Part shown: positions 46,461 to 57,318 of the stretch, in pieces | Numbering within the stretch: the first letter of the stretch is position 1 | Layout: the number at the start of each line of letters is the position of its first letter | Source: an uncultured Nitrososphaeraceae archaeon | Lineage (GTDB): Archaea; Thermoproteota; Nitrososphaeria; Nitrososphaerales; Nitrososphaeraceae | Direction: 5' to 3' | DNA length: 64,000 bases | Assembly (NCBI GenBank): GCA_963765895.1 | Contig: CAVXZB010000023.1 | Coordinates: 96,001-160,000, forward strand | Notes under the pieces: generated by a model | Told to the model about the DNA's origin: nothing | What the model saw: the letters and a program-made list of their open reading frames with translations, nothing else | Databases searched by the model: none | Program-made: the position numbers and the translations under genes

Positions 46461-47141
46461 TTAACCAGAGCTCTTGCTGCTGGTCAATTTAAACGAATCA
46501 ATCATTTTTTGTACCGTAGAAAAATCGGAATCAAATTTTGATGGTGAATTCTCATATGTGATGAAGTATACCTTATTTCCGACCATTGTTCCCATCTCTA
46601 ATCCTTTGATATTTTCGCCCTGGTCTGTAAATGAATATATAACTTTGTAGGCGGGAGAGCCAGCTAAGGTAACGCCGTTAAGTGTTGGTTCGCTTGCTGT
46701 GTAATTCTTTAGATCTATTTTGTTGTCAGATATAGAGTCAGACACATACTGTTTTAGGTTCTCGCTGGAATCAACCTTGTCCATCGATACATCGAACGTT
46801 GCTGAGGAACTAGTATCCTTGGGTGAGAACGTAGCTATGTCAGTACTTGAATCACCACTATTATCATTCCCTTCTCCAGGACTCGAACTCCAGCTAGCTG
46901 GGTATTGAATATTTACGCCATACGAATCATTTTTGTAGGTTAAGAGTCCTGGAGGGTTGCTGCTGACGTTGGGAGTGGAGGCTGCAAAAACCGTTCCAGC
47001 TAACTTGTAGGTCATGTTACTAGTTGGTATGCCAATAATGATTAACGTTAAACTAAGGGCACACAGGATGAACAGAACATGTCCGTAATAACGGCTTTGG
47101 AGTTTAACTTTTAACCCATGATTACCTAAAAACAATTCCAC
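46461..47141 (-). CDS. Secreted PsbP-like protein
   Basis: TM anchor, LTYKN..YGV.IQYPASW, TLAGSPAYKV.YS, KVYFITY, QKMIDSF. Confidence 0.82.
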   Translation of the reverse strand: MELFLGNHGLKVKLQSRYYGHVLFILCALSLTLIIIGIPTSNMTYKLAGTVFAASTPNVSSNPPGLLTYKNDSYGVNIQYPASWSSSPGEGNDNSGDSSTDIATFSPKDTSSSATFDVSMDKVDSSENLKQYVSDSISDNKIDLKNYTASEPTLNGVTLAGSPAYKVIYSFTDQGENIKGLEMGTMVGNKVYFITYENSPSKFDSDFSTVQKMIDSFKLTSSKSSG

Positions 47142-48136
47142 TTAGATCTACTACAAATGAATGAACTTCTTTTTAAATTTTAGGGAACAATAATCTGGGC
47201 CTACAATTAATCCAAATAATACTGGAGATTAATTATCAGTTGAAAAAATACGTCGAATCTTAGAATTATATGTAAGGTTTGGATCTCTCCACTGGATCTG
47301 TTCTTATATTTATGTCGATCTAAGACAGACCATTAAAAATACAAATGTACCAGAGGCATTTCGACTCTCAAGAACCTGGAGAATTTTAATATTCATGACT
47401 AAATATTACCCGCGAACTAACGGATTTGATGTCTGCAATGCGTCGAACGCCACAGATAGTAGTTATATATAAATGTGCAAATACCTAGAGTAAAGCCGAA
47501 CGAATAATATTAAAACGGAATGCGACAATATTGGCATATGCGGCATATGCGATAAGCATCAAGATCATGATGTTATAGATATGCAAGTAAATCAGGTTAG
47601 GTTATTAAACGTAGGCATACCGTTTGGGAGAGAATCTACATTAAGGGACTGATTCAAAATGCACGAAGTGATTCAGGTTTATTATTGGCCGAAGTAATCG
47701 AAGTTGTTAAATTCGGTCATTCAGTAAATTATAAAAATCCCGAGATCTGATTCACTTCTACAAATATTGCAATTTTTCAAATAGGATAATGGAAAAGATG
47801 TCATATGTGAGCAAAGTGATGTTGATTATAGAAATTCATATGCCTATACAGAGGTCAATACAAGTACCAAATTATCTGATCTACTTGAAAAATTATGATA
47901 AGTCCTGTGAAATAATTGCTTCGTGATTGCTGAGCAAATTTCGTAACCTTTCTATTATACAGAACAAGACCGAGGCATATCATTTGTTCGATATCATATA
48001 TTTATTGATACCAGTACCAAACTTTCATATGCAGTAAATAGTCTATTTCTAAGGACGTATTGCACAAGTTTATTCCAGCTCGAAAAGCTATTTATTTGAT
48101 ATTGTCAATGGCTGCATAAGAAGAGTAATGAGCTAA

Positions 48137-48592
48137 ATGATATTTGAAAGGTTAACGCAATATGGGCCTTTCCCGCTACGAATCCTAGCGGGAGTTGCAT
48201 TTATAGCTCACGGTCTACCTAAGCTTTCTAATATCTCAGGTACTGAGCATTTTTTTGCCAATATGGTAGGTTTGCCAGCCTCGCTGGCTCTTCCCATAGG
48301 ATTGCTAGAAGTAGTAGGAGGCATTGTATTACTATTAGGACTGTTGACAAGGATTGCATCAATTCTTCTCATGGTGGAGATGATAGGATCAACAATCGTC
48401 GTCAAGCTACCGAAAGGATTTGTTGGGGGTTACGAACTCGATTTGTTGTTGATGGCTTTGACAATAAGCCTTATACTCACCGGACCAGGCAGATTATCAA
48501 TCGAGTGGAATATCTTACGTAGAGAGATATTTCCTAGGGGAAAGCAGATGATATTACAACAAAAACAAGGACTGTCCAGAGTTACATCGTAA
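48137..48592 (+). CDS. DoxX family membrane protein
   Basis: LRILAGVAFIAHGLPK, EVVGG..LLLGLLTRIAS, GYELDL, GPGRLSI. Confidence 0.92.
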   Translation: MIFERLTQYGPFPLRILAGVAFIAHGLPKLSNISGTEHFFANMVGLPASLALPIGLLEVVGGIVLLLGLLTRIASILLMVEMIGSTIVVKLPKGFVGGYELDLLLMALTISLILTGPGRLSIEWNILRREIFPRGKQMILQQKQGLSRVTS

Positions 48593-49395
48593 AATGTAGT
48601 TCAAATATGATGGGAATCTATGGCAGCATCTTGAACTGACATTTCGTACCAATTCCAATAGGGACTTTAACATGGATTTTGAACGCGAACCTTGGGGAAT
48701 TCCTCCCGCCATACTTTTAAAAGGATATAAAAAGACAGAACGGAAGCTATGAGTTTTGATCATAAATCATTTTATATTGTGGAAACACAGAGATAGCGGT
48801 TTTATATGGTGTTAGATTCTATATGAGTAAATCAGAGAATGAAAAGATTATTACTATATACAAACGTTGAAAAATTCGAGATTTTATTTTTCTGTAAATG
48901 TACAGCCTTAGGCCCTATTCCTCTGCCTAGGATATTTAAAACTATAGGCGCGTCATTTTACTCTACAGGAGAAAGATATGTTGTTGGTTCAATTTAGATC
49001 CCTTTCACAGCTTTAAGTACCATTGAAGAATTGCGCTGTCGCCACCAGATATCCATGTGAAATTAGCCTAGAAACTGGAATCATTATGCGGATATCAGAA
49101 GTTACTATCTATCTGAGGTTGTGGTAGAACTTAGTTTACTGAATTAATTCGGACCTCCACGTCGACGATGTCGAACTATCAATCTTGGATTTCTCACTAA
49201 AGCCTACTCTACAATACATAGGCTTGTACGTCCTGATAACATGTAATGATTTATTTGGTCTGTTTTTCTATGACTCGTACGTTGTATTATTATCGTTAAG
49301 GTAGTAGATTAAATAGATAGCCTATTATTGAGGGAGATAGAAAATTAATAAAGTATCAATTCAATACGAGGTCTATTTGATCCAGATGTGATTTT

Positions 49396-51033
49396 ATGAA
49401 AGAAGACACTTTTAACAACAAGAAAAATCAAGGAGATAACAAGTTGGGACGTGAGTCATCATCAGATATAAAATCCAGTGTAATAGAACCCACTAAGAAT
49501 ATTAGGACTTCCGTTTGGATTACCATTGCCGTTCTAGGATCTACCATTCTTATCACGATGTATGGTGAGACAATGCTATTACCAGCAATCAGAGATATTA
49601 TACGAGAATTTAATATTTCTTATAGTACATCTTCATGGTTACTTACAGCATATCTCATCTCTGGTGCAGTTGCAACGCCCATCGCCGGCAAGTTGTCTGA
49701 TATATATGGGAGTAAAAAAATGGTTCTATTGATACTAATAATCTATATTACAGGAATTGGTATTGGAGGATTCTCAACTGATCTATCCATCCTTCTTCTA
49801 GCTAGGATAATTCAAGGAATAGGCATTTCCATGTTCCCGATAGCCTTTGGCATAATTCGAGATCAATTACCTAGAGATAAGCTTGCTATAGGAGTTGGTG
49901 TATTTAGCTCAATGTTTGCTGCAGGATCTGTGGTAGGACTAGCCGTTGGTGGAAACGTTATTCAGACTTTTGGCTGGCATGCGACATTTCTTTCAATAAT
50001 CCCTTTTGCAATCAGTCTCTGGATAATTATAAAAATAATCATACCTCATGACAAAAGAGATGCATTAACAGAACCTGGAGACAATAAGTTAAGAACAAAT
50101 AACGATACTGTCAATAGTAAGCTCAGTCCTAGCGACGTTGATATTGTTCGTAGACATAGCGTAAGGCTAGGCCTTGATATAACAGGAGCGATTGCACTGG
50201 CTGCTACGATTGCCTCATTTTTACTAATGTTAACCTATATAGGAAACAGCAGTTACAGTGGCAATAATGGCTCAGCATATCCTACACAGATCATAATAAT
50301 ATTGCTTGCACTATTATCCCTAGGCTCATTGTTTCTATTTATTATCATAGAAAGAAGGGCACAGACACCATTAATTGAGCTTAGTTTAATGCGGAATGGA
50401 ATACTTCTTCCTGCCAATATCCTTATCTTGATTTTTGGAATGACTATGTTTATGGTCTACCAAACTATTCCGATAATGGTAAGAAGTCCACATCCTTTCG
50501 GGTTTGGCGGAAATGCGGTCGAAAGTGCAATGGTACAACTCCCATTCATGATAGTATTTTTGATATTTGCTCCTGCATCTGGATTTATAGTATCCAAGAT
50601 CGGCAATCTTAGACCCACTATTGCAGGTACCATTATAATGACAATCGGTTTTTTCATGCTGTATACGATTCACTCTACAGAATTAACAATTGCCATAGAC
50701 CTAGCTATAGTAGCTATTGGAATTTCTGCAATACAAGTAGGCGCTTTTAATATCACTATGGAGTATACTCCTCGCCAATTTAGCGGAGTATCACTTGGCG
50801 TGTCCGTAGTATTGGTATTGATTGGAAGCGCGATCGGACCCGTTATTGCGGCAACGTATATGCAGACTCATCAGTCGCTTGCAAGAGGAGTCATCAGTGG
50901 TTTCTTTCCTTCACCGATATCATATAATCTGATATTCCTTACTGCATCCTTGATTTCAATTATATCTATTGGGCTCGTCCTGGTATTAAGGCATAAGATG
51001 GTACAAGCTGCAACTGCAGCAGTAAAGTCATAG
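49396..51033 (+). CDS. MFS transporter (14-TM DHA2-like)
   Basis: SWLLTAYL, PIAGKLSDIYG, ARIIQGIG, GWH, IERRAQTPLI. Confidence 0.92.
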   Translation: MKEDTFNNKKNQGDNKLGRESSSDIKSSVIEPTKNIRTSVWITIAVLGSTILITMYGETMLLPAIRDIIREFNISYSTSSWLLTAYLISGAVATPIAGKLSDIYGSKKMVLLILIIYITGIGIGGFSTDLSILLLARIIQGIGISMFPIAFGIIRDQLPRDKLAIGVGVFSSMFAAGSVVGLAVGGNVIQTFGWHATFLSIIPFAISLWIIIKIIIPHDKRDALTEPGDNKLRTNNDTVNSKLSPSDVDIVRRHSVRLGLDITGAIALAATIASFLLMLTYIGNSSYSGNNGSAYPTQIIIILLALLSLGSLFLFIIIERRAQTPLIELSLMRNGILLPANILILIFGMTMFMVYQTIPIMVRSPHPFGFGGNAVESAMVQLPFMIVFLIFAPASGFIVSKIGNLRPTIAGTIIMTIGFFMLYTIHSTELTIAIDLAIVAIGISAIQVGAFNITMEYTPRQFSGVSLGVSVVLVLIGSAIGPVIAATYMQTHQSLARGVISGFFPSPISYNLIFLTASLISIISIGLVLVLRHKMVQAATAAVKS

Positions 51034-51275
51034 TTATTTAGTACCTGTAGGAACATCGAAAATCAATGGTCCATTGCGCAGAGAACATACATCATAATCC
51101 TTCACTTATTGTCCACCTCTGAAATCGCTTGAAATAAGTGTGGACAAGTAGGAATTCAGATTTAGGAGAAAATGCAATCTACTCCTATAAATCCACGTTC
51201 ATAGATTAGCCGAAACATTTAGTCTCCAGTCACTTTGAACCTAGATGAAAAACATATCTGTTAGTGGTGGTGATA

Positions 51276-52208
51276 TTAATGCTTGTGTAAGTGCTCATCA
51301 GTATGTATATGTGGATGTGTATGTTTCATCAAGCCATGTGAATGCAAATGATAAGCCTTACGAATGAACGCATATAAGGAACTAATACCAAATGCACCAG
51401 CCCCGAACAGGACGATTGTAGCACCAGACGCAGAATCAAAAAAGAAGCTGGTATACATACCCAGGAAGGCTGTCCCAATACCAATCACGGACGAGAGAAC
51501 AATCATCCTAAGGAAATTGTTCGTAAGCATTCTAGCAGAGATTGCTGGCGCTACGATAGCTGCGGCTAGCAAAGTTACCCCGATACTATTCATTGAGGCT
51601 ATTACAACAAGAGCAAGAACTAGTGCAAAAGCCATTTCAAGGATTTCGGTTCTTATCCCATACACTGTGGCAGTTTCGCTATCGAACGAGACAAATAATA
51701 ACCTCTTTTGGAAGAAAAAGATAAAAATGACTGTCAGTATTGAAACTAGGATAATAACTATTAGGTCTTGATCGGATATACCAAGGATGTTACCAAATAG
51801 AATAGCTTCAAAGTTCCGATGAAAGCTCTGTGCGGCAGTAATGAATAGCACTCCTATCGCAAATCCAGCTGTTGTTACGACACCAATTGCAGCATCAGCC
51901 TTTATCTTTCTGCGTCTACTAATTTCGTTTATAAGTACTGCAGATAGAAATCCCCAGATGGCTGCTCCAACGTAATAATTAAAGCCAACTACATAACTTA
52001 CTACCGCACCTCCAAATACGGCATGAGACATGCCATGACCGATGTAGCTCATGCCGCGCAACACAATATAAACTCCAAGCAGTCCACACGTGCCTCCTAC
52101 CAGCACGGCAGCAGCGATTCCCCTTGTAAAAAACTGGTACTGGAAGGGGGTTAGGACATCCATGAGTTTATCACTCCGAGGCTCGATTGTTGTAAAGCCC
52201 ACTGCCAT
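51276..52208 (-). CDS. Metal ABC transporter permease (ZnuB/MntB type) with His-rich tail
   Basis: LLGVYIVLRGMSYIGHGMSHA, ILFGNILG, SGATIV; tail HLHSHGLMKHTHPHIHTDEHLHKH. Confidence 0.93.
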   Translation of the reverse strand: MAVGFTTIEPRSDKLMDVLTPFQYQFFTRGIAAAVLVGGTCGLLGVYIVLRGMSYIGHGMSHAVFGGAVVSYVVGFNYYVGAAIWGFLSAVLINEISRRRKIKADAAIGVVTTAGFAIGVLFITAAQSFHRNFEAILFGNILGISDQDLIVIILVSILTVIFIFFFQKRLLFVSFDSETATVYGIRTEILEMAFALVLALVVIASMNSIGVTLLAAAIVAPAISARMLTNNFLRMIVLSSVIGIGTAFLGMYTSFFFDSASGATIVLFGAGAFGISSLYAFIRKAYHLHSHGLMKHTHPHIHTDEHLHKH

Positions 52209-53116
52209 TAGTGTCTACAGGTTCGGAGATCGGAATAATATCATCATTAACCAGCAAATTGTTGGCATCTACTGCCAATCCATATGTTTTTAACAGATTA
52301 TCTGATGTGAGGGATTTATTTGGCGGTCCTTCTGAAATAAGGCGCTTATTAATACACACCACCCAGGGGATACGTTTACCTAGACCAGTAACATCATGCG
52401 TAGTCAGAATTATTGTCATTCCCTTCAAGTTCAAATCAGTTAAAATGCCAAAAATTTTTTCTCGAGTATTGTAGTCTACCCCTGACGTGGGTTCGTCTAA
52501 TATCAGAATTTCTGGATTGCCTATTAACGCTCTGGCTAGAAAAACTCTTTGTTGTTCTCCTCCTGAAAGCTCTCTGATTTGTCTCTTTGCATGCTCAGCT
52601 ATTTCTAGACTGGTAAGCATTTGTTTAATTTTTTCTTTGGTATTTTTATTAAACCATGGATAAATACCCGAGCGATTCCATATGCCCATACCGACCACCT
52701 CAGTCACTGTAACTGGAAAGTTCCAATCAACGCTTTCGATCTGTGGGACGTAGCCAATCGAAAAACAAGGCGTTATCATAAAATTCTTCATAGGATCCAC
52801 CATAGATGAAATCAGTGAAGTTAAGGTAGATTTACCTGTTCTGTTGTTATTCCTATTTCTAGAGCTAAAACTGATATAACCATGCCATGGTCTATGAAGT
52901 CCTATAACAAGCTTCAAAAGAGTTGATTTCCCCGAGCCACTTGGTCCCAATAAGCCAAGGAATCTACCTTTAGGTACGTCGAGGTCTATTCCTTCAAGTA
53001 CCTGGCACATGTGGCTTATAGCCAAACTCCAGATTTCTTATTGTTAGTATAGTTTCAACCTTGCCTGGGCTCGGTTCTATCTTGTCATTATTAAAATGCG
53101 CTGGTTTATAACCCAT
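52171..53116 (-). CDS. Metal ABC transporter ATPase (ZnuC/MntA type; frameshift near 53003)
   Basis: GPSGSGKST, IGYVPQ, LSGGEQQR, LILDEP, TTHD; upstream frame ILTIRNLEFGY from ATG 53116. Confidence 0.93.
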
Positions 53117-53254
53117 ATTTCAGATCATTCTTGATGTAATTTATCAGTGATGACATGACCAGTGTTGTAAACATATTAACTGATGATTAGAATGCTTTAG
53201 GAAAATTTGCCTGTCATGCATATTGTGTGGTCCAGGGTTAGTCATTAGATCTTA

Positions 53255-54331
53255 TCAACCATTGCCATGTAAGTATGTGTTGGCAGGATTTATGCTAGTT
53301 AAGGCATTTGTGTTACCACCGAGAGGTATTATCATATCTTCCATATCTTTCAGCATCATTCCCACGTATGTGTGATTGGAATAAGTTGGTTTTCCAGGCA
53401 GGACATCATCGGCCAATGAGGCGACAGATTTCACATTCCCATCTTTGCCAATTTGATCCATTACCTTGCTTGGAAAAACCTCTGAACCAAATATTGCTGA
53501 CACTTTCTCATTTCGTATTTGATCTATCAGTCTTGCTACCTCCTGTGGCTTTGGTTCTCCAAAGTCAGACGGCTGTACTGCACCTATCACGATCATGCCA
53601 TATCGAGGTGCAAAGTATGCCCACGAATCATGATAAGTTAACAATTTCCTATTCGAAGGTGGTATAGTTTGGACAGCATTTTTTATCCCTTCGTCCAATT
53701 TCTTTAATACCGTTATATACTTGTCTGCGTTGGACCTGTAATATACAGCATTTTCTGGATCCATCTGGATTAACTTATTTCTGGTCAGATTAGCATAAAT
53801 CATGGCATTTGCAACATCTAGCCAAAGATGCGGATTAGGATCCCCCTTTCCTTTTGGAAAGCTAAAATCGTAAATCCATTGGTTTCGGTTTATGGTATTA
53901 TCTGCAAGCTTAAGGACTTGCCGACTTGGATTGTGTGCTCTTGACGCGTTTGAAACCTTTTCCACTCCCGACTCCAGATGCAATCCATTAATTATTACTA
54001 GGTCTGCATTCTGTATCTTGACTGCACCAGAAGGGGTCAGTTCAAAAGTGTGAGAGTCAACGCCATCAGGTATTAGTTGAGAAAGTCTAATCTTGTCACC
54101 TCCTATATTCTTCACAATGTTTGCAATAGGAGCAACTGATGTAACGACGTTAAGCATTTTAGTACTTGCAGATTTTCCTGCCTCGGTTAAGCGACTTGAA
54201 TTAAGAGTAACCGTGAACAAACTGCTTTTTAAGTTAGGTGTCATTATCGAATTTGCAATGGCGGAATGACCAACAAGTATTGATATTGTAGATAACATAC
54301 CAATCGTTACTATGAGTCTACAAGATAGCAA
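53255..54331 (-). CDS. Cluster A-I metal-binding protein (TroA/ZnuA-like)
   Basis: DSHTFE, INGLHLE, NPHLWL, YHDSWAYF, LADD (His3-Asp ligand set). Confidence 0.94.
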   Translation of the reverse strand: MLSCRLIVTIGMLSTISILVGHSAIANSIMTPNLKSSLFTVTLNSSRLTEAGKSASTKMLNVVTSVAPIANIVKNIGGDKIRLSQLIPDGVDSHTFELTPSGAVKIQNADLVIINGLHLESGVEKVSNASRAHNPSRQVLKLADNTINRNQWIYDFSFPKGKGDPNPHLWLDVANAMIYANLTRNKLIQMDPENAVYYRSNADKYITVLKKLDEGIKNAVQTIPPSNRKLLTYHDSWAYFAPRYGMIVIGAVQPSDFGEPKPQEVARLIDQIRNEKVSAIFGSEVFPSKVMDQIGKDGNVKSVASLADDVLPGKPTYSNHTYVGMMLKDMEDMIIPLGGNTNALTSINPANTYLHGNG

Positions 54332-54354
54332 TTTATATTTGGTGGAGAACCGAA

Positions 54355-54382
54355 GTATTAATAGTTTTATATTTAGTAATAT
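54355..54382. promoter_or_regulatory. NikR-type operator GTATTA-N16-TAATAT across the SBP promoter
   Basis: Half-site spacing matches E. coli NikR GTATGA-N16-TCATAC, overlaps a TATA-like element, and nikR is adjacent. Confidence 0.6.
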
Positions 54383-55050
54383 TCACTATTAATTTAATTG
54401 CAAATATTAGTATTCTTCCCCATCCCTATGACTAGTTAGTGACATAACATAAAACTAGACATAATGAGACCTTAATGGCAACTACAAGTTTCGATGATAG
54501 TTGCAGCCAAATTTGATCATGTGAAGGATAGCAATAGGTTCTGTCTGAAGGTTATCGATCCATATAAAAAAAGTTTTTGGCCGCAAGCTGAAATCAATAC
54601 TAAGTAGGATCAAATTTCCAGTCCCGTGTAAATCGGTTTTTGGTAGCATGATGCCTATCGTTTTATTCATCAAAATAAAAATTTCTTGTGGCTGGTAGCC
54701 TATTCGTAATTTTATATTCGCAATGCGTAGGATCTACAAAACAAAATTTGTATTATATGTGAATGTGATTTAATTAATTGTATAAGGTTGTATGCTACCT
54801 CGAGACATTCGATATTAATGGGCTGCATGTGCGTAGCTCTGGCTCAAATCATCTAAAAGTGAGGTCTTGTTATAGTTTACACAGTGCATAATAATGCGAG
54901 GTCCTTCCGATGAGACAACTAAAGGTACAAAGTAGTCCGATAAACTAATCTTCAATTTTATTTGTTAAACTGGATTTTGCATAATGTCGAACAATATAAA
55001 ACCATGTCAAGTACTATTTTCGTAGTCGGTTCAAAAATTGAGTTTTGTGG

Positions 55051-55518
55051 TTAAAATGTGGTTACGAAGTGGAGCTTTAGACTTTTTATACCTCGGTTTT
55101 CTGACAAATACTTGGTTAATTCTTTTATCTTTTTAATTTCTCCTCTTACCATGATAGTTTCCAAGCAATTGTCACCCTGTAGATGTACGTGTGTAGTTGC
55201 GCCTATAATATCTTGATATTCGTGTTGGACCTGTATCGATTTTTCATCCTGATTATAGACATGATTGTCATAGACTATTATAATTGCACCAGCCCCATAC
55301 CGTTTATCGCCAGTATTCCAATCATAATCATTCACAAATGAATGAATTGCGGTCTGGAGCGCTTTAGATCTGTCAGTATAACCAGATTTTAGCATACTCT
55401 TATCAAATTCCACTAATAATTTTGTAGGTAATGACATACTTATTCTAGTGACTGGTTCTCTTTTCTTATGATCGCTAAGTAGATATCTCTTCTTCAAATC
55501 CCATTTCATATTATACAT
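55051..55518 (-). CDS. nikR: NikR-family ribbon-helix-helix metal regulator
   Basis: RISMSLP..L..EFD......GY..RSKA; metal ligands QH...HVH.....CLE conserved. Confidence 0.9.
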   Translation of the reverse strand: MYNMKWDLKKRYLLSDHKKREPVTRISMSLPTKLLVEFDKSMLKSGYTDRSKALQTAIHSFVNDYDWNTGDKRYGAGAIIIVYDNHVYNQDEKSIQVQHEYQDIIGATTHVHLQGDNCLETIMVRGEIKKIKELTKYLSENRGIKSLKLHFVTTF

Positions 55519-56481
55519 ACAGGAATTTTTAATGTTTTATGATAGAAACGGATTATTTCTTTTTATTCTTGGCCCTTACTGGATCTAAGGTATTAATTTT
55601 GCAAAAATCAATATTTGTCATTCAATAATAGCCAGCGAGCAATTGGAACGAGGACTCTCCACATCCACTTAGGAGGTTTGACCTTGTTTCTGTGCTTAAT
55701 ATATTGTGAAATATCTTCTGCATTGAGGAATATCGACAAAATTAAGGCATGATAGAAAAAATAACCTCCAATTGTTTTTGAAATACTCTGCTATAAGGAC
55801 TGAATTCGTACCGGGGACAGCAAAGCCTACGCATGTCTAGCATTACTCAACACTATCTATGATAAGATAGTGAACCACTCTCAAAATTGGAAGAGGGATA
55901 ATCCAGTGCGATTATAATGACCTAATTTCTATTATCAATAAAGGTCAGAAACATATTAAACAATACTCTGAGTTAGTAACTTCTATAGAAAGTATATCAC
56001 AATAGGAAAGTTCAGCTGCGTGGAGTTCGCAGTGGAGTAACTTAAAATCTAAGATGTGACAAGATGCTTTAACCTCTATGAAATGATAATATCGTTGTAG
56101 GAGTTGAGACGTCGACTAGGCAGAAATTAAATGAGGTGATCAGTAAAAATAAAACCTACAAATAATGATCTACCATCACAACGATAGCGAGATCTGGAGA
56201 ATAGTTATGATTCCAATTCATTATAACTAGATTCGGAAATTTGATGCCTGCCCATTTAATCCAATCTTATACTGTGTAGAATCTATCGATTAAAAAGTTT
56301 AATGTTGTCACTTTATGGATTCTGAATATATTAGAAGCAAGTCAAAAGATAACTATTGATTCGAATCGAGTCTAATATTATATAGGTTACCGCTACTATA
56401 CAAAATAGACGTGTAGATTAAGTTGGCTTAACTCTGGATATTACATCCATTTGCGATATTTGAAATGATATTCTAATAAAA

Positions 56482-57039
56482 TTATGTGCTAGATAGTAAT
56501 TTTTCCGCCTTGTCGAGGTTAGTATTAATCTTTCCAATTAGTGTTTTGATATCATCGACTGGCACCTTATGTTTGATCTGCTCCCTTAGATCTCCTCTCA
56601 TCATAAATTCAGTATTTTGTTTCAATGTTTTGTCATGCTGTTGTAATGGTCCTTCCACAAATTCAAAGTTATCTAGATATGCCTTTGTTGCAAGCGCTAG
56701 AGCACCAGTATAATTCTGTCTTTGGTATATATCAACGGTTTGCTTTAATAGTTGTCGCACATTCGTAATATATTGAAGTGTCTTGATATTTGAACCAGAT
56801 TTAGTCCCAATTGACGAAGCACTCTTAATTTGACTTGAATTATTCTTTGCAAAACTACTGTTTGTAGTAACGCCCACTCTAGTATCTGCTGCATATGCCA
56901 ATCCAGTGTGAGTATTTGATGAGGGAATCAGTGGCGGCTGAGATAGTAAAGTCGTACTTATTAATAGTGTCAAAGAGATTATCGTTATTGTGACTGTTGC
57001 TACACTACTCCTATTTAATAGACCAAATTGTTCATTCAT
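56482..57039 (-). CDS. Secreted protein made of one FTR1-associated soluble repeat
   Basis: Signal/TM plus AYLDNFEFVEGPL..HD..L....E..MR..LREQI, matching the repeats of the 35-37 kb FTR1. Confidence 0.82.
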   Translation of the reverse strand: MNEQFGLLNRSSVATVTITIISLTLLISTTLLSQPPLIPSSNTHTGLAYAADTRVGVTTNSSFAKNNSSQIKSASSIGTKSGSNIKTLQYITNVRQLLKQTVDIYQRQNYTGALALATKAYLDNFEFVEGPLQQHDKTLKQNTEFMMRGDLREQIKHKVPVDDIKTLIGKINTNLDKAEKLLSST

Positions 57040-57087
57040 GATTTAACGAAATGAAGATAATGTAAAACGTATTTAATCCAAGCGATG

Positions 57088-57105
57088 ATTCTCCATCGCG
57101 AGAAT
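57088..57105. promoter_or_regulatory. Palindrome ATTCTC-N6-GAGAAT upstream of the stand-alone FTR1-repeat gene
   Basis: ATTCTCcatcgcGAGAAT, about 12 bp upstream of minus-strand TTAAATA (57070-57076). Confidence 0.65.
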
Positions 57106-57227
57106 AAAAGGAATAAGCAATGAATCGATGAACTGAACAAAGTGATGAGAACAGTCACTCTTATTTTTTTAATACATCTAATTCTATTGATTGTTTAAAA
57201 AAGAGATGTGGTTCTAGGCTAAGATAT

Positions 57228-57252
57228 ATTAGATTAGATTAGATTAGATTAG
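57228..57252. repeat. (ATTAG)5 pentanucleotide tandem repeat
   Basis: Directly visible. Confidence 0.9.
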
Positions 57253-57318
57253 TTGTATTGGAGAGTCGAAGTGATCTCGTTTCGCTTAGCCAAAACTTTA
57301 GGCAAATCCATACCTTGG

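Noticed and set aside
32295-57252. Short tandem repeats (32295, 44828, 57228) as CRISPR or iteron arrays
   Set aside because: No spacers, units are too short, and there are no cas or rep genes.
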